Source: Chrysomallon squamiferum (taxonomy: Eukaryota; Animalia; Mollusca). Taken from it: a stretch of DNA of 64,000 nt. The stretch lies in contig CM022665.1 in assembly GCA_012295275.1 (NCBI GenBank), positions 25,048,001-25,112,000 on the forward strand, given 5' to 3'. The notes under the pieces are model-generated. The model made no database searches. It was given only the letters and a program-made list of their open reading frames with translations, and had not been told where the DNA came from. This document shows, piece after piece, positions 1 through 23,747 of the stretch. The stretch's first letter is position 1. Every line of letters begins with the position of its first letter. The position numbers were made by a program, and so were the translations under genes.

Positions 1-436
1 AGCAGGACCGGTTGCGATCCTACATCCTATCAGTTTTAATGGCAATGCTTTAACCACAGAAACACTTAGATTGATCAGAACTATCAACAATCTGATGTTG
101 TAGCGTTACATTATTATTAACTCGCTGATGCTGTTTTTTACTCTTCATATTTTCGTAAAAGACAAAAATCATTAACGGCTGACCATATATTAGACTGCGA
201 GTAAAAAGATCGGATCTATTTCAATTACAACGACTACGACGATGAAGATGATGATGATGATGATTACTTAATTTATCACTGTCACTGTAAATTAAGAATA
301 ATTTTAATTACTAATTATATGTTCTTCCAAATTCAAAGAGGCATGCAAAAATTATCTTATTCACTTAGTTACATATTTACGTACTTACTTATTTAGTATG
401 AATTAAATAAACAAGATTACTTAAAGCAGTAAATGA

Positions 437-490
<54 letters not shown>

Positions 491-2432
491 CAAAAGAAGC
501 ATAACGAAGTTCCTAATTACTCAACCTTCTTTTAGTACAAAGTCATATTATTAACTTTAGAACTCTGAACCTAAGAAACTTTAAACAGCCAAGAAGATGA
601 TTGATACAGGACTGTATGTCAACAGTTCATGTGTCTGTCTGTGGCACATAGAATAAATAACCATTTCCCCCACGAATCACATATATGTTTGGCAACGTGT
701 ACGGCGTAAACGAGCTTTGAACTGCAATTTCCTTTTCTTGTACGCTTTATTTCCTCCACTGTGGATCTCGCTTCTTTGCCGTTGACTTAAAGGAAATTAT
801 GAACTTACCAGGAAAAACTAGTCATACAGAATAATGTACGCTGTTAGTCATTCTAGTAACACAATACTTTTCTCAGTTGTTATCATACTTAAAACACTTT
901 GATGTTTCTGAAATTCGAAACTCTGCGTTATTTGTCTGCTGTACATACTGTGACGTTTGGTGAGATCTGGTTGCTTGTTCTGGCATTATTTTTAAAAAGA
1001 TTATCGTATAAAGTGAAATATTAAAAAGATTAACACTTTATTAAACTGCAGTCTCTAATTTTCTTTACCGTTCTCTCTCTTTCTCTCTCAGATTATCTCT
1101 CATATAATCTGTCTAGCTATCTATTTATCAAAATGTCTCTGTCTGTATCTCTGGCTCTATATGCATATATTTTTATCTGTCTATAGCTATATCTATCTCT
1201 ATTTCTGTATCTATCTATCTATCTATCAAATGTATATATATATTTATCTATCTATATTTCTATTTGTCTGTATTTCTACATGTCTGAATGTCTATTTATC
1301 TTTTTTATCTGTCTGTTTGTATGTATCTTTGTCTCTAATTTTCTCGTTATGCTTCAGCTCGATCTCATCATTAAGTGATTTTTTTTTTTTTTTTTTGCTC
1401 TGTCTCTGAATATATATGAATGCGTAAGCATTCTTTATTACTTTAATGTAGATTCTAAAGATCCAAAACATTTCTTCATTCGTTTTTCAGTTTCTTAATG
1501 TGGCCAATGAGACTAAATTTCTCTTACTTGAAAGAACAATTTCTTAGTAACTGAGTTAAAAACATTCCGAGTTATTTCGCTGGCCGCCAGAAAACTTTGT
1601 TCCTTTACAAGACCTAACAGTGAAAATAGATTAGAAACTTCTGGTTTTATTCGGGGCGTGTTAGAACTGAAGAGGAAACGTTACACGGTCTACATTTTGA
1701 GAATCTACAATAGACTTCACTGACCCGAGGCAGCCTGTAAATTCTCCGTCTGATACAATTACTTCTCGAGGGCAGTGCGAGTGGTCACGTGATCACTGGA
1801 CATTGAGCAAATTAGTTTACGGCATTCTGAGACATGTACGGGTGAAAGAGCAGCGCAAATATAACTTTGAAATGAAGTATTCGAATAAAATGCTAAAATC
1901 CTGAAATTTAATTGGTTTGTACGAAATGTTTGCTATATGTTTATGTTAGATGCACCTGTATGTCCTAGAATTTTATTCACCGTGGATGAATCTTTAAATT
2001 ACAAAAATATATGGTGGTCTGTCCAGTTTACTACCAACCATGGTTATTATGGCTTCAGTTCAGATGTTTTAAACCAAAACGTACGAAACTCGACTATAAC
2101 TCATGGGTGCATTTATTTATTTATTTATTTATTTATTAAAAGATAATGAGATTTTTTTAAACTGCTAATTTTGGCCGAACGTAGCCATCATTTTTTACTC
2201 GAATGAGAAGCCTGACTGAAAGTTGTGGAGGTTTTGGTATAATGATCTTTTATAAAATTATTCTTATAAAGTGTCGTATATAAAGCTGCAACAAAACAAA
2301 AAAGAAAATAGAATTTAAAAAATGTTATTTTGGATATGGTACTCTCTGTCGAAAAAGGGAAATGAGAAAGAATGTATTAATAACAAGAGTCAATGTTTGA
2401 TTGTTTCAATATTATTTATTTTATATTTTAAT

Positions 2433-2467
<35 letters not shown>

Positions 2468-3951
2468 ATATGTATGTATGTATGTATGTGTGTATTTTAT
2501 ATTTATCTTTTGTTTGTTCGTTTGCATTTTTTTTTCTTATTTGTGTATGAATTTAGTGTGAAAATTTTGTTTGTTTTTTGTTTGTTTTTTTGGTCGGTTT
2601 TTATTTATTTATTTTCTACTTTTGTATTTACTATTACAGTCAGCCGAACAAAAACTCAAAATAAAAAAAACTTAAATTGTGCTTCTCTTTTTTTAAAATA
2701 ATTAAATGTAGGAAGAAAGCAGTTTTTTATAACACGATATAGTTCAACAGAAAACGAAGACTCTTTTGAACTTTAATAACAGGAATGTTGTCTTTTTTTT
2801 CTTTTTTCTTTTGTCTTAATAATTATCAGAAACAACATTTTCAAGAATACGGCGCCAATTTTCTAAAGCTACAAAAACGCCCTGAAGCCAAAACTCTTTG
2901 AGAGTCGGAAGACATTTTTACATGATGGCTGTTTGCAAAATATTGTTCACGTTGGATCAACATAAGCTGCATGTCACACACATTCCGCTGGATGAGCTAA
3001 TACAAAATATGGATTAGCGATACACTTTACACCGGGAAAGAGAAAGGAAACTGGGGTGCTTTGATAATGGCGGTATTGAACAACTAACTAAACACTGACG
3101 GGAACATTCATTCACCGTGTCCGTGTGGAGTTTAGAATGGCACTCGAGTTAGCCCGTTTTAATTTGACACAGCACGACCTTGGCGGTAAATAGCTCATTT
3201 CTGTACAATTTATAAGATTTATCGCCAAAGAAGGACAACAGGTCGAATACATCTTTTGTGACTGCGTTCGAAAGATTCAATAAAAGACAACGCCACTGAA
3301 AAGGCTTTAGAATTAGCCGTTAGGGAAATAGATTGTTTAATGATATGCCCAATTTATTAATGTCTTCAGTTAGCATCGGTCCGAACACTGCAGGTGACTT
3401 ATTTCTTTTCGAGAGTTTTTTATTTATTTTTCTAGCTGTTTGCTTATCTTGTTCCAGTACAGATAAGTGGGCAATGAAGTAAAATAAAAAATAAAAAAAT
3501 AAAATGAAAAAAAAAATAACGTAGAAGATTTATGTTTTAATCGAGGTGGGAAATATGTTTTATTCGTCTTGTTGGAAGAACATTTATTTTTATCGTAACA
3601 TTTAACGATGTTTCGCATTAAAAAGTTAACTGATCTAATCAGAGACGATGCAAAAACGGTTAATGCAATTGTACTATCTTTTAAATTACATTATGAGAAA
3701 GTAGTATCATTTAAAAATAGAAATAATAATGTAATGTGATTTGAATGTCTTGAAAAAAAAAGCGCTGTTATAATGAGAATATATATGTTGTATAAGCTGT
3801 GTAATATAGTGAGAGTTTGTCTGTTTCTTTTTTTTTATATCTGAATAGTCGTATATTAACGCTTAAACTCGAACTGAGGTTGTGTATGTGTTTGTGTATT
3901 TTGATATTCAAGTGTCTAATTATTATTTTATTATTATTATTGTTATTATTG

Positions 3952-3986
<35 letters not shown>

Positions 3987-4712
3987 TAAACAATAAATAA
4001 ATAAATAATAAAAATAATAATAAAGACCTATGTATTTAATTTAATTCTCTCTTTCTCTTTTCAAAAATTATATAGATATTCCAGATATTTCAGTGAAAGT
4101 GTAAATGTTTTGATACTATGAATGTTTCAAATTTTCTACGTTTTTTTTTTTTTTTTTATTATTATTATTTTTTTTTTTTTTATGGTCGTTAGCCTTGTTG
4201 ATAATAAGTATAACACATTCCTGGGAATGTTTTTTCACTTCTTTTTTTTCAGAAATGGAAATGAAAAATCCTTGATAAACTGAGGTTATGACAATTTTGG
4301 AATGATTTAATCAGACTAAAGGGTGCTTTTTTTTTGGAAGGGGTTGTTTTGTTTTTTAAAAATATGACGTACAAAATGACTTTATGAAATTAGGAAAAGA
4401 AAATGAATGCCTTTATAATGTCTTCTGACTATTTTTTATTGTCAGACTTTATTATTAACACACGTTGATGTTCAGTGACAAGCAGGTAAAACTACATAAC
4501 ATGTGCATCAATTCCCACCTCCAAAATTGCTTCAAGTACTGCAGTTTTGTTAATAAAGAACATTCCCCACTTTCTATAAACACCTAATATAATCACAATA
4601 TTTATTTAATTATAAAAAATTTCAGTATATTGGTCTCGGTAATATTACCGCTGCCCCGTTTTATTTTCTATACTATGCGCTGGAACTTACGCAATATGTC
4701 AGTACTGAAGCT

Positions 4713-4746
<34 letters not shown>

Positions 4747-5771
4747 CGTTATTGCTATTATTCAATTGTCCAACATTAACCAGTTCCACGCTGAATGTGA
4801 CATCTAGTGTCTGCTTCACCGAATGATATACGAAAGGGGTTTCCAGCAGGTTCGCTTGCCATACAATAAGATTACCCCAAGCTTCGTCCTCACCGATTAG
4901 TCTTCAATTAGCCGTGTATCCTCTTCTCTTAATACCTCGTAATTAAATTTTAGAAAAAAAAAAATCCTATTTTATTAGGCATGATATTGAACGGACCTTC
5001 TACTCCGACGCTAGCAAACTGGCCCATTGGTTTATCGATTTGAAGAGACGCGATCTAAAAGGAACAAATTTCAAGGAAAATATATATGGGTGTTTTTTTT
5101 TAATGTTTTTTTTCAAACTTTTTTGTGTTTTTTTTTTTTTTGTATTTGCCACGTCCCATTTATCAATGCTTGGTTAGGTTACAGCAGAGACTCGTCTGAA
5201 GTAAAACATACTCGTTTTAGTGTTTTACAGGGCACTGATTTAATGGGAAAAACATCAATTATTTAAAGGGTGTGATATCGCGAATTATCGATATCTGTAA
5301 GAAAAAGAAATGAAGCAGGAACAACAAAGTGGTCAGGGTGATGTTTTTAAAAAAAAATTGGGGGGGGGATTTTTTTTTTTTTTTTTTTTTACAAAGTAAT
5401 TTAAAGTCTGAGGAGGAGAAACTAATATTTTATAACAGATTTACGATTTTGCACTCAGGTTTGTTTGATGATGCAGAAGTTAAAGAAAGGCAGGAAGTAA
5501 GTAAATAAGAAATGAATAAAAGAGAAAGAAGAGTAAAAAAAAAAACAATTTTAAAGATACATGAGAAATGACAATACAAATAAATGAAACGAATTTGAAA
5601 AAAATATATTAATAAATAGCATACGTATATATAAATAAAAAGCAAATAAATAAACTAACAATGAAGCAACAACAACTATAACAACAACAACAACAACAAT
5701 AATAATAATAATAATAATAATAATATTATATAAATTAATTAACTCTAGAGGCATGTAATGTGTTATTGTTG

Positions 5772-5833
<62 letters not shown>

Positions 5834-6589
5834 TCCTAGACAGAATTTTAAATTAATGTTTTAATTAAGAAACAAAATGCCATTTCATTTTTAGTATTCC
5901 TTGTTTTTCACTTCAACGATCATTACAATTTTTACACAGATGCTACCAACAGTATCATGCTAAATGGAATCTACGTACATCTAATGATAAACTTTTTACA
6001 CCTCTCTGACTATTAATTTCTGTTAATCATTTCTCTGTGATGTTACTGATACCTCGTTAATAAATAAATTCTGTGTTCTTTGATTAAAACTCTCAGCAAT
6101 TGTAAGTCATTAATAAAGATAGGTTCGTATTGGTTACCGGTTCTAGGACAGAATTCCACGTTTAGGAAGCATGTATATATGATCTGTTAACTAGATATAC
6201 ATTTTACTCAGTGTTAATTAATTTAAAAAGTCATGCTTGTCAGCGGTGACATTTTTGTGAAGATGAACTTCTAAATAAAAATTATATTTTTCGTGTTTGA
6301 TAATAAGAACGTGAACCTTATAACTATTTTGTAAATCTTAGTGGTTTTTTTTTTTTTTTCATTTACACCTGTTAATTCGTAATAATAATATTTTAGATAA
6401 GGATTTATGTTATTCTTTTGCCATTATTTTTTTTGTCTTTTGTTATGGTTTTCTTTATTTCTTATTTTAATTTTATTTAATTTTCATTTTTAATTTAATT
6501 TTCATTTTTGTTAATTATTTTTAACATTTGTATTTAAAAGTAAACTGTGTGTTTCATTTAGTTTCTTCTTCTTCGTGTTCTTTCTTTAC

Positions 6590-6621
<32 letters not shown>

Positions 6622-6702
6622 TTTTATTTTTATATATATATATTAAAAAAATGTTTTTCTTTTATTTATTTATTTATTTATTTATTGTTATTATTATTAT
6701 TT

Positions 6703-6737
<35 letters not shown>

Positions 6738-7261
6738 GTGGGATTGTGTGTATTCCTTGGTTCGTTTAGATATTTATTGCTATTTTTTAGTTTTACTATT
6801 TCTATATCAGTTTGTTTCTTTGTTCGATATTTTCTTGAAATTAATGTAACACAACAACGACGATGACGACGGAAACAACTTAATAATAATAATAATAAAT
6901 AAATAAATTAATTAATTAATTAAAATAACAGCCGATGAATAACAGTTCGACATCGTATGTTCGCAAGATGAAAAAAACATCAACAACAGAATGACGTCAT
7001 TGAAAGCTACACACACATAGGTCGGAGAAAAGAACAGAAACGTATCACAAGGTAAGTAATTAATTTATTATTAATCAGCTACAACATACAGCTCTAAATA
7101 AACCGAAATTAATTAATTACTTAAAAGAGATAATTATATTATAAAACTGATTTTTTTTTTAAATAATTTATTTACAGTTTAAAATGTATTCACTTATTTT
7201 CGGCGCTTATTTTACTCCAGATTATTCCGACTTTATATCAACGTTATTTTATCAAATTAAT

Positions 7262-7323
7262 AATATTTATTAACAGCATTAACTATAAATATTTATTAAC
7301 AGCATTAACTATAAATATTTATT
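7262..7323. repeat. 26-bp tandem duplication
   Basis: AATATTTATTAACAGCATTAACTATA repeated twice plus a partial copy. Confidence 0.85.
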
Positions 7324-10300
7324 TTATGTTGTTGCATATTTAATAATTGTACGTTACATTTATAATGAATTTAATTTGCCTCTCGTTAGAAACCTGTTAA
7401 ATTTTGAACTACTAGTTGTTTTTTTTAAATTTATTTATATTTTATTAAATTCTGAAATTTTATATTTCATTTTTGATATTATTTTTTTTTCTTTTTGAAT
7501 TTATTGTTTAATGTACTATTTATTCATTCATTTCCTTTTAATATTTATTACATTTTCTTTATTTTTTAATTATTATTTTCACTTCATCTCTGTTTTTTTT
7601 TATTTTCATAATTACTCGAACTTGTTGTCACCGACATCAAAACAATTACCATTCTCCCTTCCCCACAAAAACCGTCAAATTCAAGTCTTAAATACAATTA
7701 CTTTTAAGCCTTTTTTTTTTTCTTTTTTTTTTTAACGCCTTCTCCAATTCAGATCGTCATACAAATTGATAATTAGCGTATCGCTTCTGAATGATTATTA
7801 CCTCGACTAATAACAATGCAAACGAGCATCAGTTGCTGCAGCCGGCACAATAGCGACTTGGTGCATGATTACTGAGCCGGTCCGCGCGACCTTCAAGGGG
7901 TTAATGGTTATTGTCCGACTGATGTACACTCCGCACCGTCAGAAGCGCGCCAAGAATCTAATTCCTTGCCGCCTTGTATTCAAACTCTGGTCAAACCTGA
8001 CACAGCCGTGGTCATTTGTAAAAGACTTTAATCAAAGCCGAGGGTCAGAGGCACGAAGTTTGCAATGTATCATTAACATCGATCATCGACGGTAGACATT
8101 AATACTGGAACTATCTTACGTGCGCGGAAAACCTTTGACGTGGAGCGAATCTTTCACTGGATGAGAGAAAGGTGCAAAGTGCAGATGAGGGAAACACAAA
8201 TTTTGTTGTGTACCATGAAATTAGCTATTTATCTTTGCTGCTGGATATTAGTGGCAGGCTTCTCGTGTTTGTTTGTTTTGTCGTGAAGGGACTGGTGATT
8301 ACATTCTTGTAGTGTTTTTTTTTTTTTTTTTTTTTTCCCTACATATCTAAAATGTTTGTAAGTAGGGTGATTTGACACAAAACTGTTATCATTAAATATT
8401 ACAGTTTTAACATGTATGTGTACATATATATATATATAACTATTGAATTCTAAATAATATTAATTATAACAATTTGAAAGATAATATAGAATATTTTATG
8501 TGTTAATACGTCACAACCAACTGTTTAGTAACTGTTTAATACAAACTGTTTCATAGCTTACAGAAATCTGTAGACACAGTCGATGTTTGTAATATAATTT
8601 AAGTAGACTGTAAGAGATACTAAATTAAAAATCATAGTGATATTGGAATTATTTCTCATAATCAATACCATGTGCATGTGCGAGCATGCAAGTTTTTATG
8701 TTTATCAATAAATACAGTTTTATGTGTATCATATACATCTATATATGTACACAATACATGCTCTGTGGAGGGAAGGAGGACGAAGATTTTAGAATTATTT
8801 ATATTTTTGTTAACTTATTTATTTATTTGTTTATTTGTTTGTTTATTTGTTTGTTTGTTTGTTTATTTGTTTGTTTGTTTGTTTATTTGCTTGTTTGCTT
8901 ATTTGTTTATTTGTTTTTGTTTGTTAAATAATGGTTTACACTTTAATTCTCCACACAGCCATTTATATTCACATAACCACACCGAATATAGCTTCTATCT
9001 TTTAAAACATTTTCATTGCTTTTTCTCTCTTTTCTTGTTTCATCTTCATTTCCCTCTTTCTTTCTTTCTTTCTCTTATCTTCATCTTACACCTACTTCTT
9101 CGGTAACCTTTCATTCTTATATCTGGTCCCAAGAGATTAAGTAAACTGATTAAACATACCATACTGAACCGCGCACATACACCGGCCCATGCTTGTGCAC
9201 GCTGTAACTGTGTTACGCATTCGCGTCCAAAATTGTTGGGGTTCTGCGCGGCTAAAGAATACATTGACAACCGGTTTTATTGAAATGCCATGAAAATTGA
9301 GAGGCCATTCCAAGTAGAAAATGCAATCAATTATTGCTATACGACATCGGCCAAACTGCTAACCCAGCCATATAATTGCTGTCAATATTTGAATTAGAGA
9401 ATCCGTTAGTTTGGTATGTTTCGGGCCAAGGTTTATGAGATAAATGACATTCTTGCTGTGATCTTTGTTCTCTGGCTCCCAAGAACAGTGGCGAATCTTA
9501 CACTGACATGAAGGGGCACTGGTTCCCGAGCGTGTTTCATTTCTTCCTCGACATCCAGCGTATTCAATTACACGTTGCCATCTCCGCGTATTTAGCCAAT
9601 TAATCAAAGTAGCGAGAACTTCTGTTTTCTGGCAAAGGCATAAAAGTGTCTAAATAATTAGGCCGAGCATTAGAAAGTGTGCGCAAATTATTACGTTACA
9701 ATTATAACGTGTCCAAGAACGTAATTTAAGAGTGTCTAAAATGATTAGATTTTGTTCGTATAAATGTTTTTTGCAGTATGAAAAAATACAAAAAATATCA
9801 GTCAGTATTAGTCTGAGAGAGCAACGTTTGTAGTATTAAGGTAGCGGAATTCAGGAATATGTTATTCAATTTATGTATTAAAATAATATGTAAATATATA
9901 TATATATTTAAGAGTGCCGTAATGTAAAACAAAAACGTTTTGAAATTTCAGTTTAAAAACAAATAAATAATTTTAACATTTTTATATAACAAATTAACAA
10001 AATTAATGAATGAATGAACGAAAGAAAGAAAGAATGAATACTTAAATAACTAAATAAATAAATAATCATTGTTTTGTCAAATTTCACATTTTGAAACAAC
10101 AAAATATAGTACTTGTATTTCCTTCATTTTTTTTTTTTTTTTTTGTCCTGATATATATTTGTATAAAATAAATATACACGAAATGTACTTGATAATACGT
10201 AGGTGAACATAAATATATTTTTTCAGATGCATTTAACTGTTTTACATGTGTACATTTTAAGTATTTATTTCTGAGATCTGCACAGACGTATCGTGCAAGC

Positions 10301-12179
10301 ACTTTAATGTTTTCGAGTAACTATATAACACCCCGTACTCCACAAACGTATTAATTGCAATCATCTTGTTTCAAACAGTTTCACCCTTCTTCACGAATAA
10401 AACACCAGTGTTTTTTTTCTCTTCTCTCACTCTCTCTCACCACTGAAATCCGCTTTTCGAGTCACGGATCGATGCAATTCAGTTTTAAAATTTTTTCTTT
10501 CTCTTGTATGAGAATTTCTCTGGCCCAATGAATCTAATTTCCCGGGTTTGCCACAAGAGACCTCCCATCCCTCCAAAGAACGCATATTAGCTATTTACAT
10601 GAAATTAGATACTATATCACTGTTAGGTCGATGGCCAAGAGTGATGAAATGAAGAGTGGTGTGTGAAAATTGCTCGTATGCGTCCTTGTCGAGAATTCTG
10701 AATTAAAAATAGTGCTATCAGTGAATGCATTGTTAATAATAAGATGAATAATAAGGAGAAATACAAGAAGAAGACGAGTGCAAGTAGAAAGGACAAAAAT
10801 TAAAAAAAGCAAGAATGACCAGCGATGCGTCTCTTTATTCCTGCATGCATGTATGAATATACGTACATACAGCTTTATGTATTTCCATATCTGTATTAAT
10901 ATTCACATATGGTTTACTGTCTACATCTTATCCTAGGACTTGAACTGTCACACATAAACACACACACGTTCATATATAATTCACTGACATACGTACATAC
11001 ACGCATAAACATACTTGCATACATACATATAAACATACATAGACACTTACATACATACATATAAACATACAGAGACATTTACATACATACATACACAAAT
11101 ACATACATACATATACTACATACATACATACATACACAGATACATACACAGATACAACACACACATAAATACATAATTATACATACACACGTACATCTAC
11201 ATACTTCTTAAACAATGAGTTTTTACACCATGTGCGGGCCACTCGTTTATATATGCAATCTCATTCCAGGTTGTTATTCAGACATTAATCAGAAGCCAGT
11301 TAGGAGAAGCTCAACTGATCCCAACTTTACTTAAAACGAGTCATTATTTATTGGCCTCAGCGCATATAGATGTAACCCAACTTAACTTTGTAGCAACGTA
11401 TTTAACCGCCAATCACTTATTTATCTTAGGAATTTCCTCGCGTGTTTTTGGAATCTACTAAAAGGCCGAGATGTTTGTGACTGTAATCTTCATAGGACGA
11501 CGTGGAAAAATAAACGTTAACAACGTTAACGCTGCACACAACAGCATCACGTCAACGTGTTTAAAATATCCTGTCCCAATGACGTTGTTTTGCCCCATCG
11601 CGCTCGTTGCTGTTAATCGTGATGAGTTCTGCACACAAACAACAATCGTGTCGTGTCATTACAGTGTTTTTATGGTTATAGCACGCTTTGTTGTGCAAAT
11701 TTAACTGGAAAATAACATGGTTCGTTTAAAGCTTCGGGTTCTGTAGTTGGAAATGACAACAGAACTGTAATGTTCTTTCACCTCTCATCTCGTCTTTGCA
11801 TTTCTTCTAAATTTGCCGAGCGGAATGGAAATAAACCACTTGACGGTGACATTAAACTTTAAGTCTTTTAAATGATGTAAAGGACATAACAAATTAATCG
11901 GCTTTTTACTGTTGTGTAATTCGCCTGTCGCTCAAAAGACATAATCGCATGGTTGTTTACAGCGGCGATTAGAAATTATATATATATTTTTTTTTATCCG
12001 TGTTGTTAATCCTAGTCTTTTAGATGCTCATATTATATTAGCTAAAAATATGGTCATAAAAAAAATGATAAAAAAAAAAGAAAAAAAGAATAAGAGAGAA
12101 AGAAAGAAGAAAATAATAATTCCATTTTTTATTAGACATCGTTAAAAAACCCACAAAAAAAAACCCAGCAAAATATTGT

Positions 12180-12300
12180 TCCACAAATAGGATAATATAT
12201 GCATTAGTTTTTATTACACCATCTTATGAGTGCTGGTTGGAACGAGAAATAGGCCAATGGCTTTTTCGTGGGGATCGATCATGAACTTATGTCACATCAG
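12180..12300 (-). mobile_element. SINE fragment (probably the same family as 29270-29525)
   Basis: GGAACGAGAAATAGGCCAATGG...GGGGATCGATC. The reverse complement gives a B-box-like GATCGATCCC typical of gastropod SINE heads (from recall). Confidence 0.45.
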
Positions 12301-14969
12301 TCAAGTAATTTACCATGAACCAAATTTAGCTCGCTTAAAATTAAGGAACGAAACTTTTATTTGTTTATAAAATTTCATACTTAGCACATTATCAATAACG
12401 AAATAAAGTCGCGGTGAAGTAAGCGAAATTATTTTAAAACTAATTAAAAGTTCTTCCGACTGTTGTCCGTTTTTGCTTCGGCCGGGCGTTCTATTACCAT
12501 TTGTGAACAAGAAAATACCCTCCCAACTTTTTACTTCGATTGTGACAGTAAAAATATTTAACTACGTATGATTGACTTCGCATTGCACTTCCTCCGAGCT
12601 ACGGAACTTGATCCCAAACAGACAATTATTTGAATTAACCATTGAACTTCGATCAACCTTTAACCGCGGGCCAATAAAGTGGATTGCTTATAACTTGATT
12701 ACGAAACAAGTCGGAATGCGTGGCGTTTTGCTCGCATGTGTTTCCAGCCGCCCAGAGAAATCAGTTGCTGGGGAAACCCAGAGAACAAGTTTAGTTAGTT
12801 TGACAGAGAGTCGTTATGTAGCCACTTCAAGTCTTAGCTTCTTCTTTGATTAAATTTTACATTTATGAAACAGAATTCAATGTCGGTTCTCATGCACCAT
12901 GTGGCCAATGAGTCTGTTTCGTGCAAAACGGATCAAACTACTGGGGCCTCTTCATCAAAGCGAACATCCTAAAAATGTAATTGAAGAAGGGAAGGCCAAT
13001 CGCCGTTATTAGATTTTGTTACTTTTGAACAAAATACTGTTGCACTGTTGCAAATAATTTCAACAAATTTTGCAAATTAACATAAGAATAAAATATATTT
13101 TTTTTAATTTTTTTTTTTTTTTTTTTTTCTAATCTTTTATGCTGTGGCACTGAGTGAAACCTTTCGGCACCAGTTTTAGATTTATTGCCAATCAGTTGGA
13201 ACTCTGTGTAGCAGCGCACACACGACAACACTGTAGTGTTAACTGTATTTGTTCAACAGCGAATACGTGAGCTCCGTCTGTCTGCTCGCACGTAATTACT
13301 GTGTGTGGTTATAATGAATATTTTTAATTAAAGCGCAAATTAGTCATTACTAAACGCATTGGTTAATAAACATACACATGCATGCAAACAATACACGTGC
13401 GCTCGCACACACAAACGTCCTCCTGAGAACACGTATTTCAAGAAGTACTTGACGCAATCGGCTGCTACCTCTAATATCAGTACTAGTAAATTTACACTTT
13501 ATCTCTCATATTTATTTATTTATTTGTTTGTTTATACGTTTGTTTGTTTATTTGTTTATTGTTTATTGATTTATGTTTTTGTTTGTTTGGTTGGTTGATT
13601 GATTATTTACTTGTTTATTTGTTTATTTATTTGTTTGTTTGTTTATTTATATATTTGATCTCTTATTTGTTTATTTGTTGTTGTTTTTTTTTTAAAATTA
13701 TTTATCATTTATTTATTTATTCATTTGTTCACTTGTTTCTTTCTTTGTTTCTTTGTTTCTTTCTTTATTACCGTTTCCATTCAGTTTCATACTGTTAACG
13801 TTCTTCTACAACAAAACATTCATCTGAGAAGACAAGAACTGCTATGAGAGACAGCTAAAATCAAAGTTCGGCTTCTCTCTCTCGCAAGTTTTGTTAATGT
13901 TAATACCACTACTGTTTATTAATGATTCATTAATCCGATATTTGATTGGACCTGTGAACCAAACAAGTCTCCCGAATGTCTACGCTTTGGTGACCTGTAC
14001 ACAGTCATCGCGTGTCAGCATGGCACCCGTTTTTCCGCAGTTCCATTATCAGAATATATTTCGAACTGTTTATTCCATACGAAAATAACACAGAATATTT
14101 CGAAGTAGAGAAAGTTTCAGATTTCATATATTTGCTTGTTTGTATTTTTTGTGTGATATTTTATTACAGCTATTGGTTTTATCACAATTGCTTTTCCATG
14201 GGGATGACTAGTGATTTCGAGTGATTTGAAATTTTATAAATGAATACGTTAATGAAATGAATAAATGACCAGAGCGAAGAAATAAATGAATAAATTAAGT
14301 GAGTGAATGCAGAATGAATGAGTGACTAAGTGAATGAATAAAGGAAGGAAGGAGGGAAGGAATTCAAGATGAAGTGTACGGATCTGTATATAAAAAACAA
14401 AAAGACAAAATATTAAAAAGGAGAAACAAACCAAACAATAAATAATGAATGAAGAACTTAAACACGTGAGAGAAAGAAAGTAAACGAATTTTCTCCGAAT
14501 TTGCTTATGTGCATATGTAAAGATCTATGAGAGACAGAGAGAGAGGGAGTTTTGTTATCGACATATATAGCATACCAGAAACAACAACAACCCCCCCAAA
14601 CCCCCCCCCACAAAAACCCCACTTCATTTTCATTTTAATTATTTCTGATTAAATTTTAAAATAAAATATTTATTTATTTATTTATTAAAGTAATGATGTA
14701 TGACTCTTTGCAAGTATGGATATGTTTGTGTGGGTGTATGTGTATATATATATATATAATTATGATTTTTTTAAATCCAATATATTAACTACTGGAAGGA
14801 CATAAATTTCTATCAGTTTTGATTATCTCTTTATGATCATAATTTTACAAATATTGAATGATAAATTAAAAAATTAACTGACATACCGGTTATTCTACAA
14901 ACCGGAAGACAAAGACAATTACACATATACGTACGCGCGCAGACTTACATAGGCTCCCCCTCCTTTCAT

Positions 14970-15074
<105 letters not shown>

Positions 15075-15109
15075 GTGTCTCTTTTATTCAGTATACATAA
15101 CATACAATA

Positions 15110-23747
<8,638 letters not shown>

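Noticed and set aside
7865-8095. 76-aa ORF in a GC-richer island
   Set aside because: No recognisable motif or flanking splice sites; better explained as non-coding DNA.
1161-14434. Many 60-144 aa ORFs in the ORF track (FIYL, YVCM, ERER, SLSL types), here and throughout the window
   Set aside because: They are translations of microsatellites and T-rich low-complexity DNA, with no splice-consistent structure or domain motifs.
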